Translations under genes and position numbers: made by a program
Source: Eubacteriales bacterium
Lineage (GTDB): Bacteria; Bacillota; Clostridia; Oscillospirales; CAG-272
Assembly (NCBI GenBank): GCA_045636385.1
Contig: JAZTXK010000002.1
Location: forward strand, 15,644 to 79,643
Direction: 5' to 3'
DNA length: 64,000 bases
The notes under the pieces: model-generated
What the model was told of the DNA's origin: nothing
What the model saw: the letters and a program-made list of their open reading frames with translations, nothing else
Database searches by the model: none
Shown: in pieces, positions 10,597-19,850 of the stretch
How positions within the stretch are numbered: the first letter of the stretch is position 1
How the letters are laid out: each line of letters opens with the position of its first letter

Positions 10597-12876
10597 TTAG
10601 TCGCTTACATCCGTGTGTCTGAAGGTCACCGTAATAACGTCACCCCTCGTCGCGGGAGTTCCCGCCGCAGGGTACTGCGATATTACTTCCGCGCCGTCGC
10701 CGACGTCAAAATTTGTCGCTCCATCAATACTGATATTGAATCCCGCATTGATAAGCACTCGGTTCGCCGCAGATGCGCTGAGTCCGACGACGTTCGGAAC
10801 GGTCAGATCGTTGCTCGGCGCGGTATCACCGACGTAAAGAATTATTTTTCCGTTTTGCTTTGAAAGGAAGCTGCCCGCTGAGGGAACCTGAGCCGTGACC
10901 TTTTCACCGTTACCGATTATCTCAACGTCAAGTCCGTTTTTCTCGATCACTTCTATTGCGCTGAAGGACATCATACCGAGGTAGTTTCCGACCTCGACCT
11001 CAAGCTTGGCGGCTTCGGATGCCGAATAGTCAGGCTCGATGCCGAGCGCAGGAAGCATCCGCTCGAGGCAGTTTGCAACGTAGGGCGCCGCAACGTAGCT
11101 TCCGAAAACATTCTCGCAGGACGGCTCATCAACGATTATGATGATCGCGATTTCGGGATCGTCCGAGGGCGCGAACGCCGCGCAGGAACCGATTCGGAGA
11201 GTTTCGTCGTCACCGATCTTCTCGGATGTACCCGTCTTTGCCGCTACCTTGTAGCCCGCAACGTACGCGTTCTTTGAACCGCCGTCGCCCGAAACACCTT
11301 CCTCAAGAATTCTTGAAACCTCTGCGCAAACCGCCGAGGAAACAACCTGTCTGATTTCGTTCACATCGTGCTGCCACACAATGTTGCCGTCGCTGTCGGT
11401 CATAGACTCGACGACGTAAGGCTGAACGAGCGTGCCGCCGTTTGCAACCGCGGAGATCGCGGTGAGCTGCTGCATCATACTTATCTTGAAGTTCTGACCG
11501 AAGGACGCAACCGCAAGGTCGACTGGTCCGAATGCCCCCTCAGCCCAGAAGGTGCTGTTACCCTCGCCGGGCAGGTCGATGCCCGTCTTATCAAGATAGC
11601 CAAAGTTTCTTACGTAATCGTAAAAGGTCTGTTTACCGATATTCTCGGCAAGCTTCATCATATAGGGGTTGCAGGACTGCTGAAGTCCGCCCTCGAAGGT
11701 CAATTCGCCGTGTCCGCCCTTCTTGTGGCAGCGGATTATGCTACCGTAGACGTTAAGCTGACCCGTGCACTTGTGAGTCGGAAGGAGCTTATCGATCCCG
11801 TTCTCAAGTGCCATTGCCGTGGTAATGATCTTAAATGTCGAACCGGGCATATAGGTAAAGGTAAGCGCCTTATTCTGCCACATCTGATTCAGAAGCGATG
11901 TGCGCAGGCTCGAATAACCCTCGTCGGTCGACGTTAGACCGCTTTCAGTGAGCATCGTTTCGTACTCGGTGCTCAACGTCCAGGCATCGTTGCTGTCGAA
12001 ATCGGGGTAGGTCGCCATCGCGTAGACCGCGCCGGTCTTTACATTCATAACGATTCCCGCGACTCCCGCACCCGCGCCGGACTCGTAGTAGGTCGCCTCA
12101 AGCTGTTCCTCGAGGATCGCCTGTATCTTGATGTCAAGCGTGGTATTGAGATTATAGCCGTCGATCGCATCAATATAGCTCTGATACTCATAAGGCATCT
12201 CGTTGCCGTACGCGTCTCGGGCGATTATAAACTTGCCGGGCGTGCCCGCAAGCTCCTTATTGTAATAATATTCAAGTCCGTAAAGACCGTCACCGTCGCG
12301 TCCCGTGAAGCCGAGAACATGCGTGGCGAGATCTCCGTAAGCGTAATATCTTACGCTCATAGGCTCAACGTAAACGCAATTGGTCACGTTCAGCTTCGAC
12401 ACCAAGGAAAGGACCTTATCTGCCTGCTCGGGCGTTGCCTCGCGCATGACAGTCGCGTCAAGGCTATTGGTCTTCCCCGTCATAGCGTAGATGGTATCGT
12501 AGTCGATACCGAGTATCTCGGAAAGCCCCTCGCTGATCTTGACGTCAAGATCGACTCTTTCGGCGTTGCCTTCCTTAGAGATATTATTTTGAGCCTCCTT
12601 CATTTCATCGCGAATCGTCTTCGGTGCGATGAAAATTCGGTACGCGGTTTTATTTGCCGCAAGCAAAATACCGTTTGAATCGTAGATATTGCCGCGGCTT
12701 GAGATGATCGTGGATTCGGTCGTAAGCTGATCTACTACCTTGTTCTTATAGTAATCAAAGCTTACGGTCTGAAGGCTGAAGATTCGGGCTATCAATACCA
12801 AAAAGGCAGCGGCTATCAAAGCAAGAACTATGAAAGCTCGTATCGTTATTTTTGTGCTGATTCTTGCCTTTTGCAT
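10597..12876 (-). CDS. class B penicillin-binding protein (FtsI/SpoVD-type) with two C-terminal PASTA domains
   Basis: 759 aa. N-terminal TM, transpeptidase motifs STFK, SCN and KTGT, and two PASTA-like repeats at the C-terminus (VPNVVGLSASAANRVLINAGF...). Confidence 0.9.
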   Translation of the reverse strand: MQKARISTKITIRAFIVLALIAAAFLVLIARIFSLQTVSFDYYKNKVVDQLTTESTIISSRGNIYDSNGILLAANKTAYRIFIAPKTIRDEMKEAQNNISKEGNAERVDLDVKISEGLSEILGIDYDTIYAMTGKTNSLDATVMREATPEQADKVLSLVSKLNVTNCVYVEPMSVRYYAYGDLATHVLGFTGRDGDGLYGLEYYYNKELAGTPGKFIIARDAYGNEMPYEYQSYIDAIDGYNLNTTLDIKIQAILEEQLEATYYESGAGAGVAGIVMNVKTGAVYAMATYPDFDSNDAWTLSTEYETMLTESGLTSTDEGYSSLRTSLLNQMWQNKALTFTYMPGSTFKIITTAMALENGIDKLLPTHKCTGQLNVYGSIIRCHKKGGHGELTFEGGLQQSCNPYMMKLAENIGKQTFYDYVRNFGYLDKTGIDLPGEGNSTFWAEGAFGPVDLAVASFGQNFKISMMQQLTAISAVANGGTLVQPYVVESMTDSDGNIVWQHDVNEIRQVVSSAVCAEVSRILEEGVSGDGGSKNAYVAGYKVAAKTGTSEKIGDDETLRIGSCAAFAPSDDPEIAIIIIVDEPSCENVFGSYVAAPYVANCLERMLPALGIEPDYSASEAAKLEVEVGNYLGMMSFSAIEVIEKNGLDVEIIGNGEKVTAQVPSAGSFLSKQNGKIILYVGDTAPSNDLTVPNVVGLSASAANRVLINAGFNISIDGATNFDVGDGAEVISQYPAAGTPATRGDVITVTFRHTDVSD

Positions 12877-12910
12877 AATAGTTTAATCCTCTTTTGGGGC
12901 TTTGTGCGAA

Positions 12911-12942
12911 AACGGGAATCTTTAAATAATAGATTTCCCGTT
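12911..12942 (-). terminator. hairpin between the ftsL-like gene and the PBP gene (possible partial terminator/attenuator)
   Basis: AACGGGAATCT / AGATTTCCCGTT arms with one extra T. On the minus strand it is followed only by TTTTCGCAC. Confidence 0.35.
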
Positions 12943-12997
12943 ATGCAGCGGCTATACTTTAGCCTGCTTTATGAATTTTATTCAGCTTAAATGCTTA

Positions 12998-13894
12998 TTA
13001 TTCGTCTTCCGAACGAATTCCGAGCGCACTGAGAAGTGCGGGGACGACAGAGTTTGATTTTTTATCGGTAAAGCTTTCAATAGAGTCGATATCGTTGAGT
13101 CTGAGTATCTTTATGGTGCTGTCATTAAGCTTGATCATTCCGATCTCATTCACGGCGACGTTCTCAATATATCTCAGATCAAGGCTGCTCTCAAATTCAG
13201 CAATGAGATCAGCTTCCAGCCTTTCAAGAGCGTAGAGCTCTTCCTGCTTAGCGTTCAAGTTCGAAATAGCTTCGCTCTTGAGCACCGCGAGAGTTATCGG
13301 GAGCGCGAGTACGAGCGCAAAGATCAGAACCCAAGCAATACCTGCGGCAGAGCTTGCCAATCTACGGCGCTGCTTGCCATTCACTCTATCAATACTGTGA
13401 GCGGGGAACCACTTTTCAAAAATGCGAATGAGCGCGCCGCTGAGATCGGTGGAAGCGCGTTCTACTCGAGCAAGAGCGTATTCCTCTCCGCGAATGACGT
13501 TCTCACAAACACTCGCAACAGCGCTTGTTCCAACCATCGTTTTTCCGCAGCCCATAACATTGTATACCGTAGCGGGACGGGGAACTACATTAGTCGGTGC
13601 AGCAGCACTCATAACGTATTGAGGAATTCTGGTCTTATCAAGAATCATGCGATTGTAGTCGTCGTTGGTCATATAACGCTTGCCGTCATATTCGCCATTG
13701 CGGTAAACGTCTCCCTCGCCGGAACCCATCATATCCGCAAGATTGTAAAACTCAGAAAGTTCAGCAGCGCTCTTTCTCTCGCGCTCCATCTGAAGCTCAA
13801 CCTCAAGCTTTATATCTACGCCTTCTTCGGAGGTTCCGAGAATATCAATGATATCGGAACAATCAGCGCGTCCGTTTTTGTGAATCTTTTTCAT
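12998..13894 (-). CDS. FtsL-like septum protein with a long N-terminal cytoplasmic extension
   Basis: 298 aa. It occupies the ftsL slot between rsmH and the PBP. A single TM at about aa 185-205 is followed by a coiled-coil-like region (NLNAKQEELYALERLEADL) and NEIGMIKL. The first ATG has a GGAAAGGA RBS. Confidence 0.5.
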   Translation of the reverse strand: MKKIHKNGRADCSDIIDILGTSEEGVDIKLEVELQMERERKSAAELSEFYNLADMMGSGEGDVYRNGEYDGKRYMTNDDYNRMILDKTRIPQYVMSAAAPTNVVPRPATVYNVMGCGKTMVGTSAVASVCENVIRGEEYALARVERASTDLSGALIRIFEKWFPAHSIDRVNGKQRRRLASSAAGIAWVLIFALVLALPITLAVLKSEAISNLNAKQEELYALERLEADLIAEFESSLDLRYIENVAVNEIGMIKLNDSTIKILRLNDIDSIESFTDKKSNSVVPALLSALGIRSEDE

Positions 13895-13927
13895 TTTCCG
13901 ATCCTTTCCGCCATAGGCGGTTCGTCG

Positions 13928-14914
13928 TTATATTTTTTCCGCAACTCGCAGCTTTGCGCTGTGGGCGCGGGGGTTGAATTTTAATTCCTCAGGGGTCGAT
14001 ACAATCGGTTTTTTGGAAACGATCTTGACCTTCGGCTTGTTGCCGCATACGCAAATGGGAAAATCGCTGGGGCAGGTGCAGCCCTGCGCGAGCTTGTTGA
14101 ACGCCTCCTTCACCGCTCTGTCCTCGAGCGAGTGGAAGGTGATGATCGCAAGTCTTCCTCCGGGAGCAAGAAGCTCGACCGCATCTTTCACTGTGTTTGC
14201 TATGATCTCAAGTTCTCCGTTGACCTCGATGCGTATCGCCTGAAAGGTTCTCATCGCGGGATGATGCTTGAGGTATCTGCCGCCGTCGGGGAAGGCACTC
14301 TTGATTATATCGACAAGCTCAAGAGTTCTCTCGATCGGCTTTTCCTCTCTTCTCTTACAGATCTTATCCGCAATCTTAACGGCGAATTTCTCTTCACCGT
14401 AATCGCGGATAATGCGGATCAGCTCGGAGCGCTCGTAGTTATTAACAACGTAAGCGGCGTCGACAGGCGCTGTGCGATCCATTCTCATATCGAGAGGCGC
14501 ATCGTGAACATATGAAAATCCACGCTCGGGAGTATCAAGCTGATGCGAGGAAACTCCAAGGTCGAGGAGAATTCCGTCGAGTGCTTTGATTCCTTTATCT
14601 CTGCAAACACTCGCCATATCGGCGAAGTTGGATTTGACGACCTCGGCACGGTCCCCGAAGCGTGACAACCTTTCGGTTGCTACCGCGATAGCCGTATCGT
14701 CCCTATCAAGGGCGAGCAGATATCCGGTCGTAAGCTCCGAGGCAATGGCGCTCGAATGCCCCGCGCCGCCAACAGTTCCGTCAAGGAACGTTCCGTCCCC
14801 GCGCAGCTTAAGTGCCGCAAGGACTTCGTCGAGCAAAACGGGCTTATGTGAAAACTCGGGTAGATCCACGCCCGCGGAAGATCTATCGTTCTTAAAATCT
14901 TTATCGTTCATCAT
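13928..14914 (-). CDS. rsmH: 16S rRNA (cytosine1402-N4)-methyltransferase RsmH
   Basis: 328 aa with HKPVLLDEVL and GTVGGAGHS motifs. ATGA overlap with the mraZ stop. Confidence 0.95.
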   Translation of the reverse strand: MMNDKDFKNDRSSAGVDLPEFSHKPVLLDEVLAALKLRGDGTFLDGTVGGAGHSSAIASELTTGYLLALDRDDTAIAVATERLSRFGDRAEVVKSNFADMASVCRDKGIKALDGILLDLGVSSHQLDTPERGFSYVHDAPLDMRMDRTAPVDAAYVVNNYERSELIRIIRDYGEEKFAVKIADKICKRREEKPIERTLELVDIIKSAFPDGGRYLKHHPAMRTFQAIRIEVNGELEIIANTVKDAVELLAPGGRLAIITFHSLEDRAVKEAFNKLAQGCTCPSDFPICVCGNKPKVKIVSKKPIVSTPEELKFNPRAHSAKLRVAEKI

Positions 14915-15363
14915 AATACCATATTGGACTTCTTAATCTTTTCCGCAAAAGATTTAGCTTTATCCTTGGTCGTTTCGGTAAATACAGATGCGTTCCAAAT
15001 CTCAATGTGATCCTGGCTGCCTCGAATAATGGTGGCACCGCCAAGCTCCGCAAAAGCGACCAGATTGGCGGAGAGAACCACTCTTCCCTGCGCATCGGGA
15101 GAAATAGTATCGCCGAAGCCGCTGAGGAAGTCTATCATATCCGATCTGTCCTCGGCACTAAGCGCCTCGTTGTTACGGATCTTTTCAATCACGCTATTAA
15201 AATATTCAACCGAAGATATAACCAAAGAGCGGGTATCCTTCAAGTTCGGGAACACTACAAAGTTCGCTCCGAGCACCTCGCGGTGCTTGGCGGGAATGAA
15301 AATTCTGTTTTTAGCATCAAGATTGTAGTTATACGTATTCAATAACGGCATAAACTCTGACAT
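14911..15363 (-). CDS. mraZ: transcriptional regulator MraZ
   Basis: The ORF track starts at 15393. The ATG at 15363 lies 7 nt after GGAGG (complement of 15371-15375), so I prefer it. The sequence YNLDAKNRIFIPAKHRE is a SpoVT/AbrB-type MraZ repeat. Confidence 0.9.
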   Translation of the reverse strand: MSEFMPLLNTYNYNLDAKNRIFIPAKHREVLGANFVVFPNLKDTRSLVISSVEYFNSVIEKIRNNEALSAEDRSDMIDFLSGFGDTISPDAQGRVVLSANLVAFAELGGATIIRGSQDHIEIWNASVFTETTKDKAKSFAEKIKKSNMVL

Positions 15364-15529
15364 TTCCATTCCTCCTTTCAAATTTTGCATCATTCGCAGG
15401 CTTTTTCGCGGTATTGGCGTGGGATAAACGCGCCCAAATTAGCCCGAAAATGATTTTTCCGTGGGTTTCCCAAACAATTCTCGGTATTTTTAACTATTTC
15501 TAACCATTTTTACGTGTTGTGGTGAGAAT

Positions 15530-15558
15530 ATGATATCATTTTATAAGCATAATGTCAA
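15530..15558 (-). promoter_or_regulatory. sigma-A promoter of mraZ/dcw cluster
   Basis: -35 TTGACA (complement of 15553-15558), 17-nt spacer, TG-extended -10 TATCAT (complement of 15530-15535). This implies a leader of about 160 nt before the mraZ ATG. Confidence 0.65.
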
Positions 15559-15754
15559 TAGGTTTTAATAAATTTTCTCAGTAATATCAAAAAAATATCG
15601 CAAAAAGCGATCACGAATGCCGAAGTGGGCCACTATATTTGTTATTTAGTGTATCTATTCCTTTTTAATATCATAAATGTTATTATTTGACATTTTGCGA
15701 TATACTTTGGTTGTAAAAACTGTTATTCCCGCCTCATTCGACACCTGCCAAACA

Positions 15755-15795
15755 GCAAAAAAGCTCGGGAATCGCATTTGCGATTCCCGAGCTTT
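15755..15795 (-). terminator. intrinsic terminator after the CofE-like gene
   Basis: 15-bp stem AGCTCGGGAATCGCA / TGCGATTCCCGAGCT (15762-15793). The minus strand then reads TTTTTTGCTGTT. Confidence 0.8.
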
Positions 15796-15816
15796 TCGGT
15801 ATTTTTCGTTATTTAA

Positions 15817-17007
15817 TTAGTTGGTATAGTTATCAAAGTAACCCTGGATCCAAACGATGGGGGTACCCTTGTCGCCCGAACCGGAGGTAAGGTCGCAGAG
15901 AGTACCGATAAGGTCGGTAAGTCTTCTGGGAGTGGTTCCCTGAGAAGCCATCTGACCGTAAAGGTTAGAGTCCTTTGCCTTGATTCTCTCGGAGATAGCC
16001 GCCTTGAGCTCCTCGCCGGTAAGGTTAGCGTACTCGTTATCAGCGAGATACTTGAGCTTGATCTCGTTGGGAGTGCCCTCGAGACCTGCGGTATATGCAG
16101 GAGATACGCAGGGGTCTGCAAGCTCCCAGATCTTTCCTACGGGATCCTTGAACGCGCCGTCACCGTAGACCATAACCTCTACGCACTTGCCGGTAGCAGC
16201 GAGGATCTTGTCTCTTACAGCGTCAACAACGGGCTGGCAATCTCTGGGGAAGAGCTTGACAACCTCCTCGGTGGACTTGTTGGAGCCGAGAAGACCGTAG
16301 TTCTCATTGTAGCCACTTCCGTTAACGGGAGCGGAAAGGATATCATCCATACCGTAAACGGTCTCTGCACCTGCGTCCTTGAGGAGCTTCTTGTTGCGGA
16401 AACGGGTGTGGATATCTGCACAGATAACGTGCTTTGTATAGTTAAGAATAGCTCTTACGTCGTTAGCGAGAATGATCTTGCACTCACAGCCGCAGGACTC
16501 AACGAGCTCGCGGTAGTACTCGATATAATCAACGCCCGTAAAGGTGTGCTTATGGTAGCCGAAAAGCTCACGGTACTTCTCTTCCGTGAGAACGTCGGTT
16601 ACGGGATTAACGCCGGAGCGGTCAAAAACGTCAATGTCGATGAGATGGTTTCCTACCTCGTCTGCGGGGTAAGAGAGCATAATGATGATGGACTTAAGTC
16701 CCTTCGCGATGCCCTTAAGACAGATAGAGAAGCGGTTACGGGAAAGAATGGGGAAAACGATAGCAGCCTCGCCGCCGGGGAACTTGTTGCGGACATCCTC
16801 CGCGATCTGATCGATGCTTGCGAGGTTACCCTGTGCACGTGCAACGATGGACTCGGTCATCGCGATAACGTCGCGGTCACGAATCTCAAGATTTTCCGAC
16901 TTCGCGGCTTCAATAACGCTGTCTGCTACGATAGTAGCGATATCATCGCCCACCTTGATAATAGGAGCGCGAACGCCTCTTGATACGGTTCCAATAAGTC
17001 TTGCCAT
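15817..17007 (-). CDS. CofE/F420-0:gamma-glutamyl ligase family protein (function here unknown)
   Basis: The track ORF begins at a TTG (17040). The ATG at 17007 has a GGAAGGTGA RBS, giving 396 aa. The segments RDRDVIAMTESIVARAQG and GSGDKGTPIVWIQG resemble the F420_ligase family pattern. Confidence 0.6.
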   Translation of the reverse strand: MARLIGTVSRGVRAPIIKVGDDIATIVADSVIEAAKSENLEIRDRDVIAMTESIVARAQGNLASIDQIAEDVRNKFPGGEAAIVFPILSRNRFSICLKGIAKGLKSIIIMLSYPADEVGNHLIDIDVFDRSGVNPVTDVLTEEKYRELFGYHKHTFTGVDYIEYYRELVESCGCECKIILANDVRAILNYTKHVICADIHTRFRNKKLLKDAGAETVYGMDDILSAPVNGSGYNENYGLLGSNKSTEEVVKLFPRDCQPVVDAVRDKILAATGKCVEVMVYGDGAFKDPVGKIWELADPCVSPAYTAGLEGTPNEIKLKYLADNEYANLTGEELKAAISERIKAKDSNLYGQMASQGTTPRRLTDLIGTLCDLTSGSGDKGTPIVWIQGYFDNYTN

Positions 17008-17076
17008 AAAATATTCACCTTCCTTGGTGTTAGAATACAAATTTATGTAAATCTCAAAAAAGGAAACTTACAATAT

Positions 17077-17105
17077 ATTATACCTCTATATTATCCAAAA
17101 GTCAA
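17077..17105 (-). promoter_or_regulatory. sigma-A promoter of the CofE-like gene
   Basis: -35 TTGACT (complement of 17100-17105), 17-nt spacer, -10 TATAAT (complement of 17077-17082). Confidence 0.65.
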
Positions 17106-17160
17106 GAAAAATCTTCAAATTTTCTCATTAAATTGCGACAAATTTACATTTTATTGAAAA

Positions 17161-18297
17161 TCACCAAGAACCCATCGAGTAATATCCCGAAATGATCTTT
17201 CCGTCTGCGGCACGGATCACAACTGTAGCTCCGTAGACATTGCTTCCGTCATCTCTCAAAAGATCAACAAACCAATAATTTCTTACGTGATCGTAAAGCA
17301 CAGTACCGACAGCTTTCTGCTGTGAGAAGCTGTCGCGCACTATCTCGATCGCAGCCTCCTTGCTCGTCACAGCGGCGTTATCGTATACCGAAAGATCCGC
17401 ATTGATCTGTTGTATGTGCTCACTCATATCCTCATACGAAATTTCACCAAGCTCACTGTCGAGCTTCAGCGGTTCAATATCTTCTACACTGACCACTGCA
17501 CGGTCAATATCGGTCTTGGCTATCTCAATAAAGAAAGTCCAATCGTGTAACGCTTCGTCACCTTCTCCGGAGGATTCAAAGCGAGCCGCCTCGACGCATA
17601 TATTGGAATCGGTCTTAGAAACTGACGAAATACCGTATTGCGCAGCCCCGTTGTTGGCAACAATTTTAACTATAACCAAAGTGGTATCGTCAAAATTCTT
17701 ATTTTCATATCTCATTTTGATCTCTTCCGGAATATTCTCTGCACCGCCCCAAGCATCGCAAAGCTCGGAATAATCGTTGAACACCCAAGCACCGTTGTCT
17801 GCAAGACCGGGGATGTGATAATTTTCACCGCCGTACAGCTTGAAATTACGCGGATATTCGGCATTTCTTGTATAAAGATAATACTCGCCGCCGTCAAGCA
17901 CGGCAATCGAATTTCCGTCCCACTTGACTTCAAACAATTCAGAGCCTATCGGACGGAATGCCGAACAAAAATTCATATACTCGGTAAATTCAAACTCCTC
18001 GCGGCTCGCATACGTATTCTTTACATTATAAAGTATCGCCCCTATACGCGCCCCAACCATAGACTCGTCGATTTTTTCGCCTCGGAATCCGCCGTCGTAA
18101 ATTACCCCCTCAACTCGGATAAAGTCACTCCAATCGACATCTATAAGTACTTCTTCTCCGCCTTCGGTCGGTAGAATTTCCGTATCAATAATCGGCAGCG
18201 ACACTTCCGGAGCTACGGTTTCATCGCCTATTCCATCGCAAGATACAAGAGAAAAACAAAATAAAAGAGCAAACAATGCAACAAACAATCGTTTCAT
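17161..18297 (-). CDS. lipoprotein of unknown function (PepSY-like C-terminus)
   Basis: 378 aa. Signal peptide plus lipobox MKRLFVALFALLFCFSLVSC. AAAGGAG RBS. Confidence 0.7.
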   Translation of the reverse strand: MKRLFVALFALLFCFSLVSCDGIGDETVAPEVSLPIIDTEILPTEGGEEVLIDVDWSDFIRVEGVIYDGGFRGEKIDESMVGARIGAILYNVKNTYASREEFEFTEYMNFCSAFRPIGSELFEVKWDGNSIAVLDGGEYYLYTRNAEYPRNFKLYGGENYHIPGLADNGAWVFNDYSELCDAWGGAENIPEEIKMRYENKNFDDTTLVIVKIVANNGAAQYGISSVSKTDSNICVEAARFESSGEGDEALHDWTFFIEIAKTDIDRAVVSVEDIEPLKLDSELGEISYEDMSEHIQQINADLSVYDNAAVTSKEAAIEIVRDSFSQQKAVGTVLYDHVRNYWFVDLLRDDGSNVYGATVVIRAADGKIISGYYSMGSW

Positions 18298-18373
18298 ATT
18301 AATTCTCCTTTCGGGTATTCACTTATATAGACCGAAAATCATCAAAAAAGTTCCGCTTTTTTCCGATTTTTTC

Positions 18374-18406
18374 AAAAAGCCGGGGAATTTTCATCCTCGG
18401 CTTTTT
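18374..18406 (-). terminator. intrinsic terminator after hisJ (end of the his operon)
   Basis: 9-bp stem with one mismatch (18378-18402), flanked by an A-run and a T-run. Confidence 0.6.
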
Positions 18407-18411
18407 CGTGA

Positions 18412-19200
18412 TTAAATTTTAAGTCTTGCAAGAGTGCCGAAGCCGTGTTTCCTTGCGAGTTCTTCTGCCTGATCAAAGCCGAGCAGGAGAGTTTCTTTGG
18501 CGTGTGAATCAGCACCGTAAGTCACCTCGCCGCCCGCGTCGTGAATGATATCAAGTATAGCGGGATCGGGATACGGGGTCTTACGCCAACCGCGGCTGAT
18601 CGCGCCCGCGTTGATCTCAAAGAGGCGGCATAGCTTCATATTTTCGTCTACCGCTTCCTTGACAGCCGCGAGATAAGCCTCCGAACGCACGTCAAAGAGC
18701 TTATTTTCGCCGTCGCCGTTGAACTTGGTGACAAGATCCATATGCGCTATGATATCGCAACCGGTAACGCGCGCGATATCCTTTGCAAATCCCATATAAC
18801 GGATCGCAAAAGCTTCGGCGTCGCCGCCGCAAAGCTCATCAATGCTCGCCTTTATAATCTCAGGAGACCGATCCGTCGCGTAAAATTTGCCGTCAACGTA
18901 GAGGTTATGAAATGCGCCGATAACGTAATCGTAATCGTGGTTATCATCGTATGCAAAAATATCCCTCTCAATACCGCGGAGTATCCTGATCTTATCGGAA
19001 TATTTATCCTTCAAGCGCTCTACGCACTCATTGTAGCCCTCCAGATCGCGCACGGAGTAATCCTCCGCGCCCGGGCAGGGTGCGTGACCCGAAAAGCCTA
19101 TCGTATCCATCCCGAGCCTTATCGCTTCAAGAACGATCTCCTCGGGCGTGCTCTTGCCGTCGCAGTAGGTGGTGTGCGTATGGTAATTGAAGAAGCCCAT
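18412..19200 (-). CDS. hisJ: histidinol-phosphatase, PHP family (HisJ type)
   Basis: 262 aa. N-terminal YHTHTTYCDG PHP motif. Its ATG overlaps the hisIE stop (TAATG). Last cistron of the his operon. Confidence 0.78.
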   Translation of the reverse strand: MGFFNYHTHTTYCDGKSTPEEIVLEAIRLGMDTIGFSGHAPCPGAEDYSVRDLEGYNECVERLKDKYSDKIRILRGIERDIFAYDDNHDYDYVIGAFHNLYVDGKFYATDRSPEIIKASIDELCGGDAEAFAIRYMGFAKDIARVTGCDIIAHMDLVTKFNGDGENKLFDVRSEAYLAAVKEAVDENMKLCRLFEINAGAISRGWRKTPYPDPAILDIIHDAGGEVTYGADSHAKETLLLGFDQAEELARKHGFGTLARLKI

Positions 19201-19850
19201 TACTTCATCTTCTCCTGCTTGATCTTCTTGTCGACCACATGACGGCTTGCAAGCTCTGCTCGAACCTCGTCGAGAGAGATACCCATTTCAGTCATCATTA
19301 CCATAATGTGATAGGTAAGGTCTGCGATCTCGAAGATAGCCTCTGCACGGTCGCCTCCCTTGCCCGCGATGATGACCTCGGTGCACTCCTCGCCGACCTT
19401 CTTGAGGATCTTGTCAATGCCTTTTTCAAAGAGATATGTGGTATAAGAGCCTTCCTTAGGATCGGTCTTTCTGCCTTCAATGAGCTTCATCAGATCGTCA
19501 AGGCAGAATGCCTGCTCGGCATCCTCATCCTCGTAGATATCCTCAAAGAAGCAGGAGCGCGCACCCGTGTGGCAGGTAGGACCGTCAGGTTTTGCGGTAA
19601 TCAGAAGAGTATCAGCATCGCAATCGGTCTTGATCGAAACAACGTTCAGGAAATTGCCCGAGGTTTCGCCCTTGAGCCAAAGTTTCTGTCTTGAACGGCT
19701 GAAAAAGCAGACCTTTTTCTTTTCAAGCGTAATGCCGAGGCTTTCGGCATTCATATAGCCGAGCATCAGCACGGCACCGTCCGCCACATCGGTGATAATT
19801 GCGGAAATGAGCCCGTCCGAATTGTATTTAAGATTTTTGATATCAAACAT
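19200..19850 (-). CDS. hisI: bifunctional phosphoribosyl-AMP cyclohydrolase / phosphoribosyl-ATP pyrophosphatase HisIE
   Basis: 216 aa. The HisI part has WLKGETSGN...DCDADTLL...CHTG. The HisE part has [18 protein letters not shown]. Confidence 0.93.
   Translation of the reverse strand: MFDIKNLKYNSDGLISAIITDVADGAVLMLGYMNAESLGITLEKKKVCFFSRSRQKLWLKGETSGNFLNVVSIKTDCDADTLLITAKPDGPTCHTGARSCFFEDIYEDEDAEQAFCLDDLMKLIEGRKTDPKEGSYTTYLFEKGIDKILKKVGEECTEVIIAGKGGDRAEAIFEIADLTYHIMVMMTEMGISLDEVRAELASRHVVDKKIKQEKMK

Noticed and set aside
15419-15629. GTGGG/GTGGT pentamers (15419, 15461, 15518, 15625) as possible MraZ operator repeats
   Set aside because: Known MraZ sites are closely spaced direct repeats of roughly 10-nt periodicity near the promoter. 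These are 40-100 nt apart and irregular, and they lie on the strand opposite to mraZ. The evidence is insufficient.
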